Shown here: positions 41,845 through 50,969 of the stretch, piece by piece
How positions within the stretch are numbered: position 1 is the first letter of the stretch
How the letters are laid out: the number at the start of each line of letters is the position of its first letter
DNA from: Nitrosopumilus sp.
Lineage (GTDB): Archaea; Thermoproteota; Nitrososphaeria; Nitrososphaerales; Nitrosopumilaceae
NCBI GenBank assembly: GCA_963667665.2
Contig: OY763927.2
Location: 1,696,001-1,760,000, forward strand
Length of the DNA stretch: 64,000 bases
Direction: 5' to 3'
Notes under the pieces: model-generated
What the model was told of the DNA's origin: nothing
The model's input: only the letters and a program-made list of their open reading frames with translations
Database searches by the model: none
Program-made: the position numbers and the translations under genes

Positions 41845-43411
41845 AAGAAGAACTGGCTTAGTCGCCCTCATTTACTGGATTTGGGATGGAATAGATAGAA
41901 CAATCTTTACTGCAATAAAGTTTTCATTCCCTTCTAGATTTGTTAGTCCATTTGGATTCTTAGGTATGCTTACCTTTGTTGTATTTATTATTCTTGGAGT
42001 TTCAGGAGCTCTTCTCATGTTTTACTATCAACCAATATTGGATAGAGCTTGGGATAGTGTTCAATTCATTAACGATGATGTTCCATTTGGTTTTCACATA
42101 AGAAACATTCACTATCATGGTTCCAATGCAATGGTACTCTTAGCTGTTCTTCACATGTATTATCAATACTTTAGTGGACGATACAAAATTAGAAATGAAG
42201 TTTTATGGATGACTGGTGTCATTCTTGGTGTTGTAACTATTCTTGAAGCATTTACAGGATATGATGTTATATTTAGTGAACGAGCAGAACTTGCAATTAG
42301 TATAGCGGCGTCGCTGACGACATCAATTCCAGTAATTGGACCGACGATTCGTGATGCGGCGTTGGGTAGTGGATTCTCAGACTTTGTGTTAAGATTCTAT
42401 GCGCAACATGTGTTCTTGTTACCTATTGTAATGCTAGGATTGATGGCAGTTCATTTCCCTAGATTCTTGGTATTTGATGTACCAATGGTTATGGCAATTT
42501 CTGGTGCTATTCTCATCACAGGTGGTGTATTCCCAATTGATATGGGATTCAAGTTTGAGCCGACAGTACCGCCTGGCGTAACTGTTCCTGAATGGTATCT
42601 TACAGGAATCTATGCATTCATGAGGACTCAATATGACAAGTTTGTAACAGGACTGTTATGGCCGTTGATATTCCTTGCCGCATTTATTGTAGTTCCGTTC
42701 ATTGATAGATACAAGAAATTTTCATGGAGAGATAGACCAATAATTACAGCATTTGGAATAACCAGTATTGCACAAATTATGGTTACAACATATTGGGGAT
42801 TCTACATTTCACCTGACGTCACAATTCCATTAGTTGAGCGTTTGGTAATTGATCCAATGTTCTTTTACTCTACAATGATATTGATGGTTCCACTAGGATT
42901 TGGATTTTCATACATGATGATTAAACTTGCAAATGAAGCTGAAAGAAAATCAAAACTTTCAAAAAGTAAAGGTCCTCAAAAAGTTGCAACAATCAACCTT
43001 TCTGAAAAATGGATTAACTGGTTACTAATTGCTCTATTGGCATTCCAAGTATTCCTAAACATTGCAGCATATAATGCAGCTTTGACAGGAATGAAGAACA
43101 TGTCATTATTCTTTGTTGGAATAATCTTGTTGGTATTTGCAGCATTCTTCCATGTTTACAGATATGCATTAAGTGAGGAAAAGAATGCACCACCACCCCC
43201 ACCAATTCCTGTACAGGAAGAAAAACCAAAACTAGATGTACCTGATGTATCTGAACAAAGTAAACTTCCAGAAGGTGATACTACACCAGAAGAAAAACCA
43301 AAAGAACTAACTCACAAAGTTCCTACACCAAAGACAACTGCAGATTTAGGAGTTGATGCAGAAAATAATCCAAATCTTGGTTCTGATGATCTTGGAGGAT
43401 TGAAAAAATGA
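41828..43411 (+). CDS. petB: Cytochrome b of complex III with C-terminal extension
   Basis: Heme His pairs in RNIHYHGSN..VLH and RFYAQH..AVH; PEWY motif; extra TM helices and a Pro/Glu-rich tail. Confidence 0.93.
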   Translation: MAVSLERRTGLVALIYWIWDGIDRTIFTAIKFSFPSRFVSPFGFLGMLTFVVFIILGVSGALLMFYYQPILDRAWDSVQFINDDVPFGFHIRNIHYHGSNAMVLLAVLHMYYQYFSGRYKIRNEVLWMTGVILGVVTILEAFTGYDVIFSERAELAISIAASLTTSIPVIGPTIRDAALGSGFSDFVLRFYAQHVFLLPIVMLGLMAVHFPRFLVFDVPMVMAISGAILITGGVFPIDMGFKFEPTVPPGVTVPEWYLTGIYAFMRTQYDKFVTGLLWPLIFLAAFIVVPFIDRYKKFSWRDRPIITAFGITSIAQIMVTTYWGFYISPDVTIPLVERLVIDPMFFYSTMILMVPLGFGFSYMMIKLANEAERKSKLSKSKGPQKVATINLSEKWINWLLIALLAFQVFLNIAAYNAALTGMKNMSLFFVGIILLVFAAFFHVYRYALSEEKNAPPPPPIPVQEEKPKLDVPDVSEQSKLPEGDTTPEEKPKELTHKVPTPKTTADLGVDAENNPNLGSDDLGGLKK

Positions 43412-43869
43412 GTTCGCCTACATCTAGTCATGCATATGGTATAGGAGTAATTGCTCTAATCATTGGAATGTCAGTCTCAATAGTATTTTACACTTCATTT
43501 TATGTTCCTGAATCTTTGGCAAAACCATCTGTATCTGAACATATCTTAAATCCTGATGGCGATTTTATTATTGAAATTGTTCCAGGTTCGATAATTGAAG
43601 GAAATGAGAACTATGTTCCAAACCAATCAAAAGTGTTATTGGGAATAAGCAACAAAGTAATTTGGAAAAATTTGGATGATACTCCTCATACTGTAACTCC
43701 TGATCATAGAGCATCTGATAGTTATAGTGGTGACTTTGGTTCTATAGGTGTCATTAAATCTGGTGAATCCTTTGAATTCCTATTTACAGAAGCTCAAGAA
43801 ATTCCTTATCACTGTGAACCTCATCCATGGATGACTGGAAATATTTCTATAGAGTTGAGTAGATTCTAG
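43408..43869 (+). CDS. Membrane-anchored blue copper (plastocyanin-like) protein
   Basis: WKN.D..PHTVT and YHCEPHPWMTG type-1 Cu ligands; N-terminal TM helix. Confidence 0.92.
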   Translation: MSSPTSSHAYGIGVIALIIGMSVSIVFYTSFYVPESLAKPSVSEHILNPDGDFIIEIVPGSIIEGNENYVPNQSKVLLGISNKVIWKNLDDTPHTVTPDHRASDSYSGDFGSIGVIKSGESFEFLFTEAQEIPYHCEPHPWMTGNISIELSRF

Positions 43870-44216
43870 ATAGAATATTTTGCAAAAATTATTTGACTTT
43901 CAATTTCTTTATGTTGCTCAATAATTGATGCTCTAAATTTTATTTCATGTTCTTGTTTTGGTTCAAATTTAATTAGTGCAATAAATTCTGCCTTGTTTTC
44001 AGGCATTACATCTTTGTTGATAAATAACCTTGAAACATTTTGTGAAATATTTTTCCCATTATATGATTTGTAGACTATGTGTTCATTTGAATCTAAAATT
44101 TGAGTATTTATCACTACTCCATCATATCTTCCTGGATATGAAACAGAAATTGTTCCCTTGATTTCAGAATTTGGATGAATGTCAGTTGAATTTAGTTTGA
44201 ACTCTATATCTTTCAC
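43866..44216 (-). CDS. Hypothetical beta-rich protein
   Basis: 116-aa ORF filling the gap between the cupredoxin gene and the tRNA. Confidence 0.65.
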   Translation of the reverse strand: MKDIEFKLNSTDIHPNSEIKGTISVSYPGRYDGVVINTQILDSNEHIVYKSYNGKNISQNVSRLFINKDVMPENKAEFIALIKFEPKQEHEIKFRASIIEQHKEIESQIIFAKYSI

Positions 44217-44257
44217 GAAAACATCATCTTCAATTCAGAATAAATAATTTTGTTAAG

Positions 44258-44332
44258 CGGGCCCAAAGGGCTTCGATCCCTTGACTTTTGGATTAGAAGT
44301 CCAACACGCTATCCATGCTGCGTCATAGGCCC
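44258..44332 (-). tRNA. tRNA-Arg(TCT)
   Basis: Reverse complement reads GGGCCTATGACGCAGCATGGATAGCGTGTTGGACTTCTAATCCAAAAGTCAAGGGATCGAAGCCCTTTGGGCCCG; anticodon arm TTGGA-CTTCTAA-TCCAA. Confidence 0.93.
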
Positions 44333-44365
44333 AAAAACCTAGCAATTAATTACCATTTTAAGGGT

Positions 44366-45229
44366 TTACAGCCACTTTTTTTTGTAATTTTCTCTTTCCA
44401 TCTTAAAGAGAAATTGTTGTGCATATCCTGCAAATGGCCCAAAATGCTTTACAATTTTTTCATGAAGAATATCATATTGTTTTTTAGTAATAGTTTTTGT
44501 TTTAAGTTGAAATTGTTCTGAATAATATTTTTCTAAAATTCTAATCATCCATCTATCTAATGGAAATGCTTCTAATTTATTTAATGAAAATAGCATTATG
44601 CAATCTGCAACTTTATTTCCAACACCTGGGATAGAGCAAATATTTTCTTTAGCCTCAAAATAATCGGATTTTTTTAAACTCTCAAAATCTATTTTTTTTA
44701 AAAAAATCATATTTGCAGCTTCTTTGATGAATTTAGCTCTGTATCCTACACCACAATTTCTAATTTCATTAATTGATGCTTTAGCAAGTTTTTTTGGATC
44801 AGGAAATAAAAAAAACTCTTGATTTTCAAACTCTACATTTGTTCCAAATTTTCTTGATATTTTTTCAAGACTAGTTTTGATTTTTTGAATATTAGAATTT
44901 GAAGATACAATAAATGAAATTAAACATTGAAAGGGATCTTGGTTTAGAATTCTCAAACCATGATATTTTTTTACAGCCTTTCTAGTTGTATTGTCTTTTG
45001 AAATTGATTTTAATATTTTATCCATGTTGTCTCTTTTTCTAAAAAAATCTGTTTTAGTATTTTGATATGATTTTATGCTTCCAGAATTATCAATTCTTAG
45101 AATATCTTGACCATTCAGTCCATACCAATATTCTCCATTTTTTCTCCAAAGAAATACCTGACCACTGTTGATTGAAATTTCTACATTTATTGAATCGTTG
45201 TCTTGCATTTTAGACAGTAATTGATTCAT
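44366..45229 (-). CDS. 8-oxoguanine DNA glycosylase (OGG1-type HhH-GPD)
   Basis: SGQVFLW, GLRILNQDPFQCLISFIVSSNSNI, GVGYRA, IPGVGNKVADC, FPLD, AGYAQQFLF. Confidence 0.9.
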   Translation of the reverse strand: MNQLLSKMQDNDSINVEISINSGQVFLWRKNGEYWYGLNGQDILRIDNSGSIKSYQNTKTDFFRKRDNMDKILKSISKDNTTRKAVKKYHGLRILNQDPFQCLISFIVSSNSNIQKIKTSLEKISRKFGTNVEFENQEFFLFPDPKKLAKASINEIRNCGVGYRAKFIKEAANMIFLKKIDFESLKKSDYFEAKENICSIPGVGNKVADCIMLFSLNKLEAFPLDRWMIRILEKYYSEQFQLKTKTITKKQYDILHEKIVKHFGPFAGYAQQFLFKMERENYKKKWL

Positions 45230-46475
45230 TTACTGCAGGGGCATATGTTTCTAAACCAAATTTTTCATGAATTTCTTTGGCAAACATTTCACATGATTCA
45301 GAATCTCCATGCACTGTCCATACCTTTGGGTTTCCTTTTATTTTTTTAATCATATCAAATAATTCATTTCTATCTGCATGACCTGAAAACTCAAACTGTT
45401 TTACCTCTGCTGAAACATTGACATCTTTACCTCTTGTAGATACCTTACCTGTTTCAAGTAATTTTTTACCTGGTGTACCTTCACCTTGATATGAAACTAG
45501 AGCTATTCCGTTTTTGCTATCAAAAGATAATTGCTGCAAATAATATACCGCATTTCCTCCCACTAACATTCCAGCTGGAGAAATCACAACACAAGGTTCA
45601 CCCATAGCTCGTTTTCTTTCAGCATGTTCTCTTATTGCAGTTGCACTGTTGATTGCATCTGAAAAAACTTTAGGATCTCTTAGGTAATCTGGATGTCTAA
45701 ACATTATTTGGTTTACTTTTAGTGCCATTCCGTCCATGATAATTTTGTGTTTAAAATTTACACTTCTTAAAATACATGCAATCTCTTGAGAGCGTTCAAC
45801 TGAAAATGATGGAATAAACAATATTCCTTTTCTATCCATTACTTCATTTGCAAATTCAATTAACTCCTTTTCTGATTCTTTTCTAGCTTTTTGTTCTGTT
45901 TTAGCATATGTACTCTCAGTAATCAGTAAATCAATCTCTCCAATGTCTAAATCCATCTCTCGAAGCATTCTTGAACCATTTGTTTTGATATCTCCAGTAT
46001 AGAAGAGTCGTTTCTTCTCTGATTCTACCAAAACAGTACTACCACCAATCACATGTCCTGATTCTCTTAGCTCAAAAGTTGCATTTCCTTTAGTAATTTT
46101 TTGTTTAAATCCAATTTCCTTGGCATTTTTCATCATATTGTTTAATTCAGGCAGATCAAATGGATGTGAATTCTTTTCGATTTTTAACATATCTTCAATC
46201 AGCAGCTTTGATAAATCAAAGGTTGGAGGTGTGGCATAAACATCAGTATTCCCACTTACAAAAAGGGATGGGACATATCCTGAATGATCTAAATGAGCAT
46301 GAGTAATTATTATTGCATCAAGATCTTTTGGTTTTACATGAAGTGGATATCCTGGAGGTGTTCCTCTTCTTCCAAATAATACTCCATAATCAAGCAAGAG
46401 ATTTGTCCCATTACAATTAACTAAAAATCCAGATCTGCCAACTTCGTTTGCAGCTCCTAAAATTTTAACATCCAA
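45210..46475 (-). CDS. Metallo-beta-lactamase/beta-CASP ribonuclease (archaeal CPSF-like)
   Basis: LGAANEVGRS, THAHLDHSG, GHVIG, TGD, ESTY, FSGHAD, VHGD. Confidence 0.9.
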   Translation of the reverse strand: MDVKILGAANEVGRSGFLVNCNGTNLLLDYGVLFGRRGTPPGYPLHVKPKDLDAIIITHAHLDHSGYVPSLFVSGNTDVYATPPTFDLSKLLIEDMLKIEKNSHPFDLPELNNMMKNAKEIGFKQKITKGNATFELRESGHVIGGSTVLVESEKKRLFYTGDIKTNGSRMLREMDLDIGEIDLLITESTYAKTEQKARKESEKELIEFANEVMDRKGILFIPSFSVERSQEIACILRSVNFKHKIIMDGMALKVNQIMFRHPDYLRDPKVFSDAINSATAIREHAERKRAMGEPCVVISPAGMLVGGNAVYYLQQLSFDSKNGIALVSYQGEGTPGKKLLETGKVSTRGKDVNVSAEVKQFEFSGHADRNELFDMIKKIKGNPKVWTVHGDSESCEMFAKEIHEKFGLETYAPAVNESITV

Positions 46476-46588
46476 GAATTATGATGAATTTTTATCAACG
46501 TTAAAACCTTGTTACAGTAAATTCGATCGTTATTTCTATCATGTAATTTTCTAAAGCTTTAATTAGTGTAAGCTAAGATCCGAACCAC

Positions 46589-46801
46589 ATGAAAAGAACT
46601 TATGACGAATGGATTAAAACACAAGATCAAGCAGTCGTTGCCAAAGTACGTGCTGGTGACGAAGCAAACAAACCACTCTTAAACCAACTCAACTGGATTT
46701 GGGTTAACAATCTAATGAATAAGAAACCGGAACTTAATCCTTCTTCTGCAGAATTACTTGACTGGGTTACTTCTGGTCAAATAAATGCAATGAGAAAATA
46801 A
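46589..46801 (+). CDS. Small conserved hypothetical protein, copy 1 (70 aa, Trp-rich)
   Basis: Own TATA-like element and terminator; paralog directly downstream. Confidence 0.85.
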   Translation: MKRTYDEWIKTQDQAVVAKVRAGDEANKPLLNQLNWIWVNNLMNKKPELNPSSAELLDWVTSGQINAMRK

Positions 46802-46923
46802 ACGTGAAATCGCGTTAACTTTTTGTATGAATCCAATTATCTTAGATTTGAAGAAATCCGATCATTATACTTATTATATAATCTTCAAAAGCTTTAATTA
46901 GTGTAAGCTAAGACTCGATCCTC

Positions 46924-47136
46924 ATGGGTCAATCTTATGACGAATGGATTAAGAAGCAAGATCAAGCACTAGTCTCTAAAGTACGTGCTGGTGATGAAGC
47001 AAACAAACCTCTCTTAAACCAACTCAACTGGATTTGGGTTAAAAATCTGTTAGATAAAAAACCAGAACTTAATCCTTCTTCTGCAGAATTACTTGACTGG
47101 GTTACTTCTGGTCAAATTGATGCAATGAGAAAATAA
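46924..47136 (+). CDS. Small conserved hypothetical protein, copy 2 (70 aa)
   Basis: 60 of 70 residues identical to copy 1 by manual count. Confidence 0.85.
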   Translation: MGQSYDEWIKKQDQALVSKVRAGDEANKPLLNQLNWIWVKNLLDKKPELNPSSAELLDWVTSGQIDAMRK

Positions 47137-47212
47137 GCGTGAAATCACGTTTTCTTTTTGTTTTTTTAAATTTCTAAATCTTAATTATCCGCATTTTTTT
47201 TGCGATCAATTT

Positions 47213-47249
47213 CATAACAGGGTTATGTATTTCAATCATGGTTTAAATA
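47213..47249 (+). promoter_or_regulatory. Ferredoxin promoter: CATAAC-N3-GTTATG palindrome plus TATA box
   Basis: Palindrome at 47213-47227; TTTAAATA at 47242-47249, about 26 nt before the ATG. Confidence 0.5.
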
Positions 47250-47274
47250 GTCATCACGTAATCTTAATTTTATA

Positions 47275-47577
47275 ATGCCAATAGCAATACTTCCAGACAT
47301 TGATGAACAAAGATGTATCGGATGTGCACTATGTGTAGAAATCTGTACAACTCTTGGTCCAGATGTCCTTAGAGTAAAACCAGTTGAAGGCTGGAAGAGA
47401 GGTAAAGCATTTGTCTTCTATCCAGAAAGATGTATTTCTGATGGAGCATGCATCGGTGTATGCCCAACAAAATCAATCTTTTGGATGAGACCAATGAATT
47501 ATACTGCTGGACAACCAGTTCCTCTTCACAAAAACGGTGTCTTCATCAAAGGTTGGGCAGAAGACGCAGCACCATAA
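47275..47577 (+). CDS. Dicluster ferredoxin
   Basis: CIGCALCVEIC and CISDGACIGVCP motifs. Confidence 0.92.
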   Translation: MPIAILPDIDEQRCIGCALCVEICTTLGPDVLRVKPVEGWKRGKAFVFYPERCISDGACIGVCPTKSIFWMRPMNYTAGQPVPLHKNGVFIKGWAEDAAP

Positions 47578-47615
47578 GCTGAATCTTTTAGCACATTCTT
47601 TTTTCTTATTTTTAA

Positions 47616-49139
47616 TTAAACTAAAGATTTTTTCTTGATTTCTTTTGATAGAGTTCTAACAAAATATTTCAAAAATTTATCATTTTTGTCATAATGAATT
47701 TCTGAAAACTTGTTGTTATCAAAGAAATACTTCCATGTCTTTTCAAACGTAGGAAATTCTTTTGGATCAAAATCTATCCTAGAAGTTTCATGGTGTGCAG
47801 CTGGAAAGATATCTGAAATCTCAATTGGAATTAATCCTAACTGTGGATTATATTGACATACCTGCATTGAATCAAAATTTTTGAATTTTTTTTCTAGTTC
47901 AATATACTGATGAGATAGATATCCTGGCTTTGAATTTGATTCACTGGTAATGATTAGTTTCTTTTTCTTTGATTTGAATTTTCTAACCATATTGTGATAT
48001 GCTTGAACCTCTGGACGAAATTGGTCTTCTTTATCATATAGGAAAATAGCTTTTTCTTTGAATTTTGGCGTAGTTACATCAAAAAATTCATAATTATTTG
48101 TCATGACTTCAATCATTTCAAATAACTTGGGATGGGCTCGTGCCTTTTTCATTACATATTCCCATAATCTTCCTTCATGGATTGCTTGCTTTACCTTATC
48201 AACTTCAAGTTTTATCGCATAGAGGTTATGAATTGCTAGTTGATTGATTTTTTCCGTTTCTTCTAGCTGGCGTAATTCATCTGGAGTATATTTTAAGCAG
48301 ACTTCACAATTACATGGAAATACAACAATATCTGACAAATATCGTGTACCATCATCTGTGATGTATCTTTGATGTTTGGCATAAAGCATGTAGGATGCTG
48401 AATCAAATGTATCACATCCCAAAGCTACAGCAAATGGTATTGTTAGAGGATGTCCTGCTCCAAAAAGATGTAAAGGAATAGAGTGTGGCATTTGTTTTTT
48501 TGCAGCTACAATCATTTGTGCTAATAATCTATATTCATATGACTCCATAAATTCAACTGGACTCCCTAAAGCCAACATCTGAAATCCAATATCTACCAAT
48601 TTTTTTGTTGACTTTGCAACAAGTTCAAAATGTTCTCCTCCTTGAATTGGACCAATCCAAATTTGGCCATTGTCTTCTCTATCATCAAATGTCTGCTTTG
48701 AAACTTTGAGAGTATGTCTTACATATGCTTCTGCTTTTTTTAATGGTAATCCAAATCCTGTTGGTTTGTCAAGTGGAATTGCAAAATCAGTTAAAATTCC
48801 TTTTTCAAAATTTGCCATATCAGGTGGTGAAACTTTAACATCACCGTATTCTAGAACTTGATAACCTCCCGAATCTGTCATGACTGCACCATCAAAATCT
48901 ATAATTTTATGAATTCCTTTTTTTACAGCTTCATCACCATAATTGTTTTTAGTAATGTATGCATTTGTAATTACTAAATCAAAACCAATCGATTGAATTT
49001 TTTTTGATGGGATTGTTTGCTTTACTGGATGAATTACAGGAATGTATGCTGGTGTCTCAATCTTTCCGTGATTGGTATAAAGAGTACCTATCCTTCCTGC
49101 TAAATCCGTTTTTGAAATTTCAAACAAGTAATTACACAA
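47616..49139 (-). CDS. tgtA: Archaeosine tRNA-guanine(15) transglycosylase
   Basis: ETPAYIPV, ITNAY, MTDSGGYQ, PIQGG, HLFGAGHP, GCDTFDSASY, CxCxxC..H Zn site. Confidence 0.94.
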   Translation of the reverse strand: MCNYLFEISKTDLAGRIGTLYTNHGKIETPAYIPVIHPVKQTIPSKKIQSIGFDLVITNAYITKNNYGDEAVKKGIHKIIDFDGAVMTDSGGYQVLEYGDVKVSPPDMANFEKGILTDFAIPLDKPTGFGLPLKKAEAYVRHTLKVSKQTFDDREDNGQIWIGPIQGGEHFELVAKSTKKLVDIGFQMLALGSPVEFMESYEYRLLAQMIVAAKKQMPHSIPLHLFGAGHPLTIPFAVALGCDTFDSASYMLYAKHQRYITDDGTRYLSDIVVFPCNCEVCLKYTPDELRQLEETEKINQLAIHNLYAIKLEVDKVKQAIHEGRLWEYVMKKARAHPKLFEMIEVMTNNYEFFDVTTPKFKEKAIFLYDKEDQFRPEVQAYHNMVRKFKSKKKKLIITSESNSKPGYLSHQYIELEKKFKNFDSMQVCQYNPQLGLIPIEISDIFPAAHHETSRIDFDPKEFPTFEKTWKYFFDNNKFSEIHYDKNDKFLKYFVRTLSKEIKKKSLV

Positions 49140-49158
49140 ACTTTAAGGCGTTATTTAA

Positions 49159-49716
49159 TCAATCAACAAAAAATTTTTCCAAATCATTATTTTTTGTAAC
49201 TAAATCAAGCCAATCTACTTCCTCATTACCTATATTGCTAGAAATTAGAGTCATCGCTTTTTTTACCACTTCTTGAATACTTTTACCACTAGTGTTAATT
49301 TGGAATGTTTTTTCTTGGAATTTACTTATTGCATCATGTGCAATAATGCCTAATACTTCACTACCCAAGTTTTCCTTGCTTTTCTCATCTGTGTATTTTC
49401 TTTCTTTATACACTGAGATTAAATCATAAGGACTTCTTCTCAAAACAATCATTATCTTTACTATGTTTTTATCTAAAACATATGGTGCTAAATGACCCAC
49501 AATCACATTTTTCTCTGAAATTTTTTGCTCAAGGATTTTTTCTAGTTTATCAGTATTTACATCGTTTGTATCTTTATTTTTTTCAAATAATCCTGCATCT
49601 TTTGCTATACTGTTGATATCAATTATAGATAGTTCAAGCTTTTCAGCAATTTCTTGTGTAATAGTGTGTTTTCCAACTCCTGGGTTCCCAGTAATTACAA
49701 TTGACATGTTATACAA
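49159..49716 (-). CDS. Adenylate kinase AK6/Fap7-like nucleotide kinase
   Basis: ITGNPGVGK P-loop, VIVGH, R.Y...K..EN..SE. Confidence 0.85.
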   Translation of the reverse strand: MYNMSIVITGNPGVGKHTITQEIAEKLELSIIDINSIAKDAGLFEKNKDTNDVNTDKLEKILEQKISEKNVIVGHLAPYVLDKNIVKIMIVLRRSPYDLISVYKERKYTDEKSKENLGSEVLGIIAHDAISKFQEKTFQINTSGKSIQEVVKKAMTLISSNIGNEEVDWLDLVTKNNDLEKFFVD

Positions 49717-49771
49717 ACACGATAAACTGCATTAAACGATTTCTGTAATACTAATAAGTAGAATTGAATTT

Positions 49772-50968
49772 TTGACTATATTGCAAATTGGTTTACTAGG
49801 TAAAGCAAATGTTGGAAAATCAACATTTTTCTCAGCTGCTACTGAAACCCCTGTCGCATCAGGTAATTTTCCTTTTACAACAATTGAACCAAATGTAGGT
49901 GTGGCTTATGTTAAAGCAGATTGTGCTTGCAAACATTTTGGAATTCAACATGAAAATGAATTATGTGTTAATGGCACTCGGTTTATTCCAGTTAAACTCA
50001 TTGACATTGCAGGATTGGTTCCTGGTGCACATGAAGGAAAGGGATTAGGAAATCAATTTCTTGATGATGCAAGACAAGCTGAAGTTTTGATTCATGTCGT
50101 TGACATTGCTGGTAGTACTGATATTCAAGGACAACCAGTCCCAGTTGGGACACATGATCCTTTAGAAGATGTTGTATTTGTTCAGGATGAATTTGATCAA
50201 TGGTTTGCAGATATTCTAAAAAGAGAATGGGATAAGATTACCCGTGAAATAGATCAGAAAAGAGCAAAACTTACTGATGGCATTGCAAAACGATTCTCTG
50301 GATTAGGCATTAAAGAATATCAAGTACATGTAGTGTTACAAAAACTAGGACTTGTTTCAAGAAATCCAAAAGAGTGGAAAGATTCTGATATCGAAACTTT
50401 TGTTAAAGAATTAAGGAAAAATACTAAACCAATGATCATTGCTGCAAATAAAGCAGATCTATGTCATGATCTTGATATTCTTAAAAAAATTTCAGATTCT
50501 GTAATTCCTTGTAGTGCAGAAACTGAGTTACTTTTACGAAAAGCAGCAAAAGCAGGAATTGTAGATTATTCTTCTGGAGATGAAGGTTTTAAAATAATTG
50601 AAGGAAAAGAAATTCTTCCTCCACAACAAAAAGCGCTAGATTTAGTAAAGTCTGTATTTTCTAAAATTACATCTACTGGAATTCAAAAAATTCTAAATAC
50701 TGCTGTTTTTGATTCTCTAAACTTTATTGTTGTATACCCTGTAGAAGACGAAACTAAACTAACCAACAAAGATGGCATTATTTTACCTGATACAAAATTG
50801 CTTCCACAAGATTCTACTGCAAAAGACTTGGCAGAATTAATTCACGCAGATATTGCTAAGGGATTCTTATATGCGATTGACTGTAAAACCAAACAAAGAA
50901 TCAGTGGTGATCAAAAACTAAAAAATGGCGATGTGATTAAAATTGTATTCACGTTAAGTAGGGGATAG
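49772..50968 (+). CDS. ychF: OBG-family YchF-like ATPase/GTPase with TGS domain
   Basis: GKANVGKST, FPFTTIEPN, DIAGLVPGAHEGKGLGNQFL, ANKAD. Confidence 0.9.
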   Translation: MTILQIGLLGKANVGKSTFFSAATETPVASGNFPFTTIEPNVGVAYVKADCACKHFGIQHENELCVNGTRFIPVKLIDIAGLVPGAHEGKGLGNQFLDDARQAEVLIHVVDIAGSTDIQGQPVPVGTHDPLEDVVFVQDEFDQWFADILKREWDKITREIDQKRAKLTDGIAKRFSGLGIKEYQVHVVLQKLGLVSRNPKEWKDSDIETFVKELRKNTKPMIIAANKADLCHDLDILKKISDSVIPCSAETELLLRKAAKAGIVDYSSGDEGFKIIEGKEILPPQQKALDLVKSVFSKITSTGIQKILNTAVFDSLNFIVVYPVEDETKLTNKDGIILPDTKLLPQDSTAKDLAELIHADIAKGFLYAIDCKTKQRISGDQKLKNGDVIKIVFTLSRG

Positions 50969-50969
50969 A

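Larger units (their letters stand above)
46519..47160 (+). repeat. 335-bp tandem duplication (2 copies) of promoter, 70-aa gene and terminator
   Basis: Identical 26-bp AAAGCTTTAATTAGTGTAAGCTAAGA at 46553 and 46888; paralogous ORFs; matching hairpins after the stop codons. Confidence 0.92.

Noticed and set aside
44258-44332. tRNA genes as integration sites of a genomic island
   Set aside because: No duplicated tRNA 3' end, integrase or cargo genes were seen near either tRNA.
44315-44521. 68-aa plus-strand ORF
   Set aside because: It overlaps tRNA-Arg and the glycosylase gene on the opposite strand; spurious.
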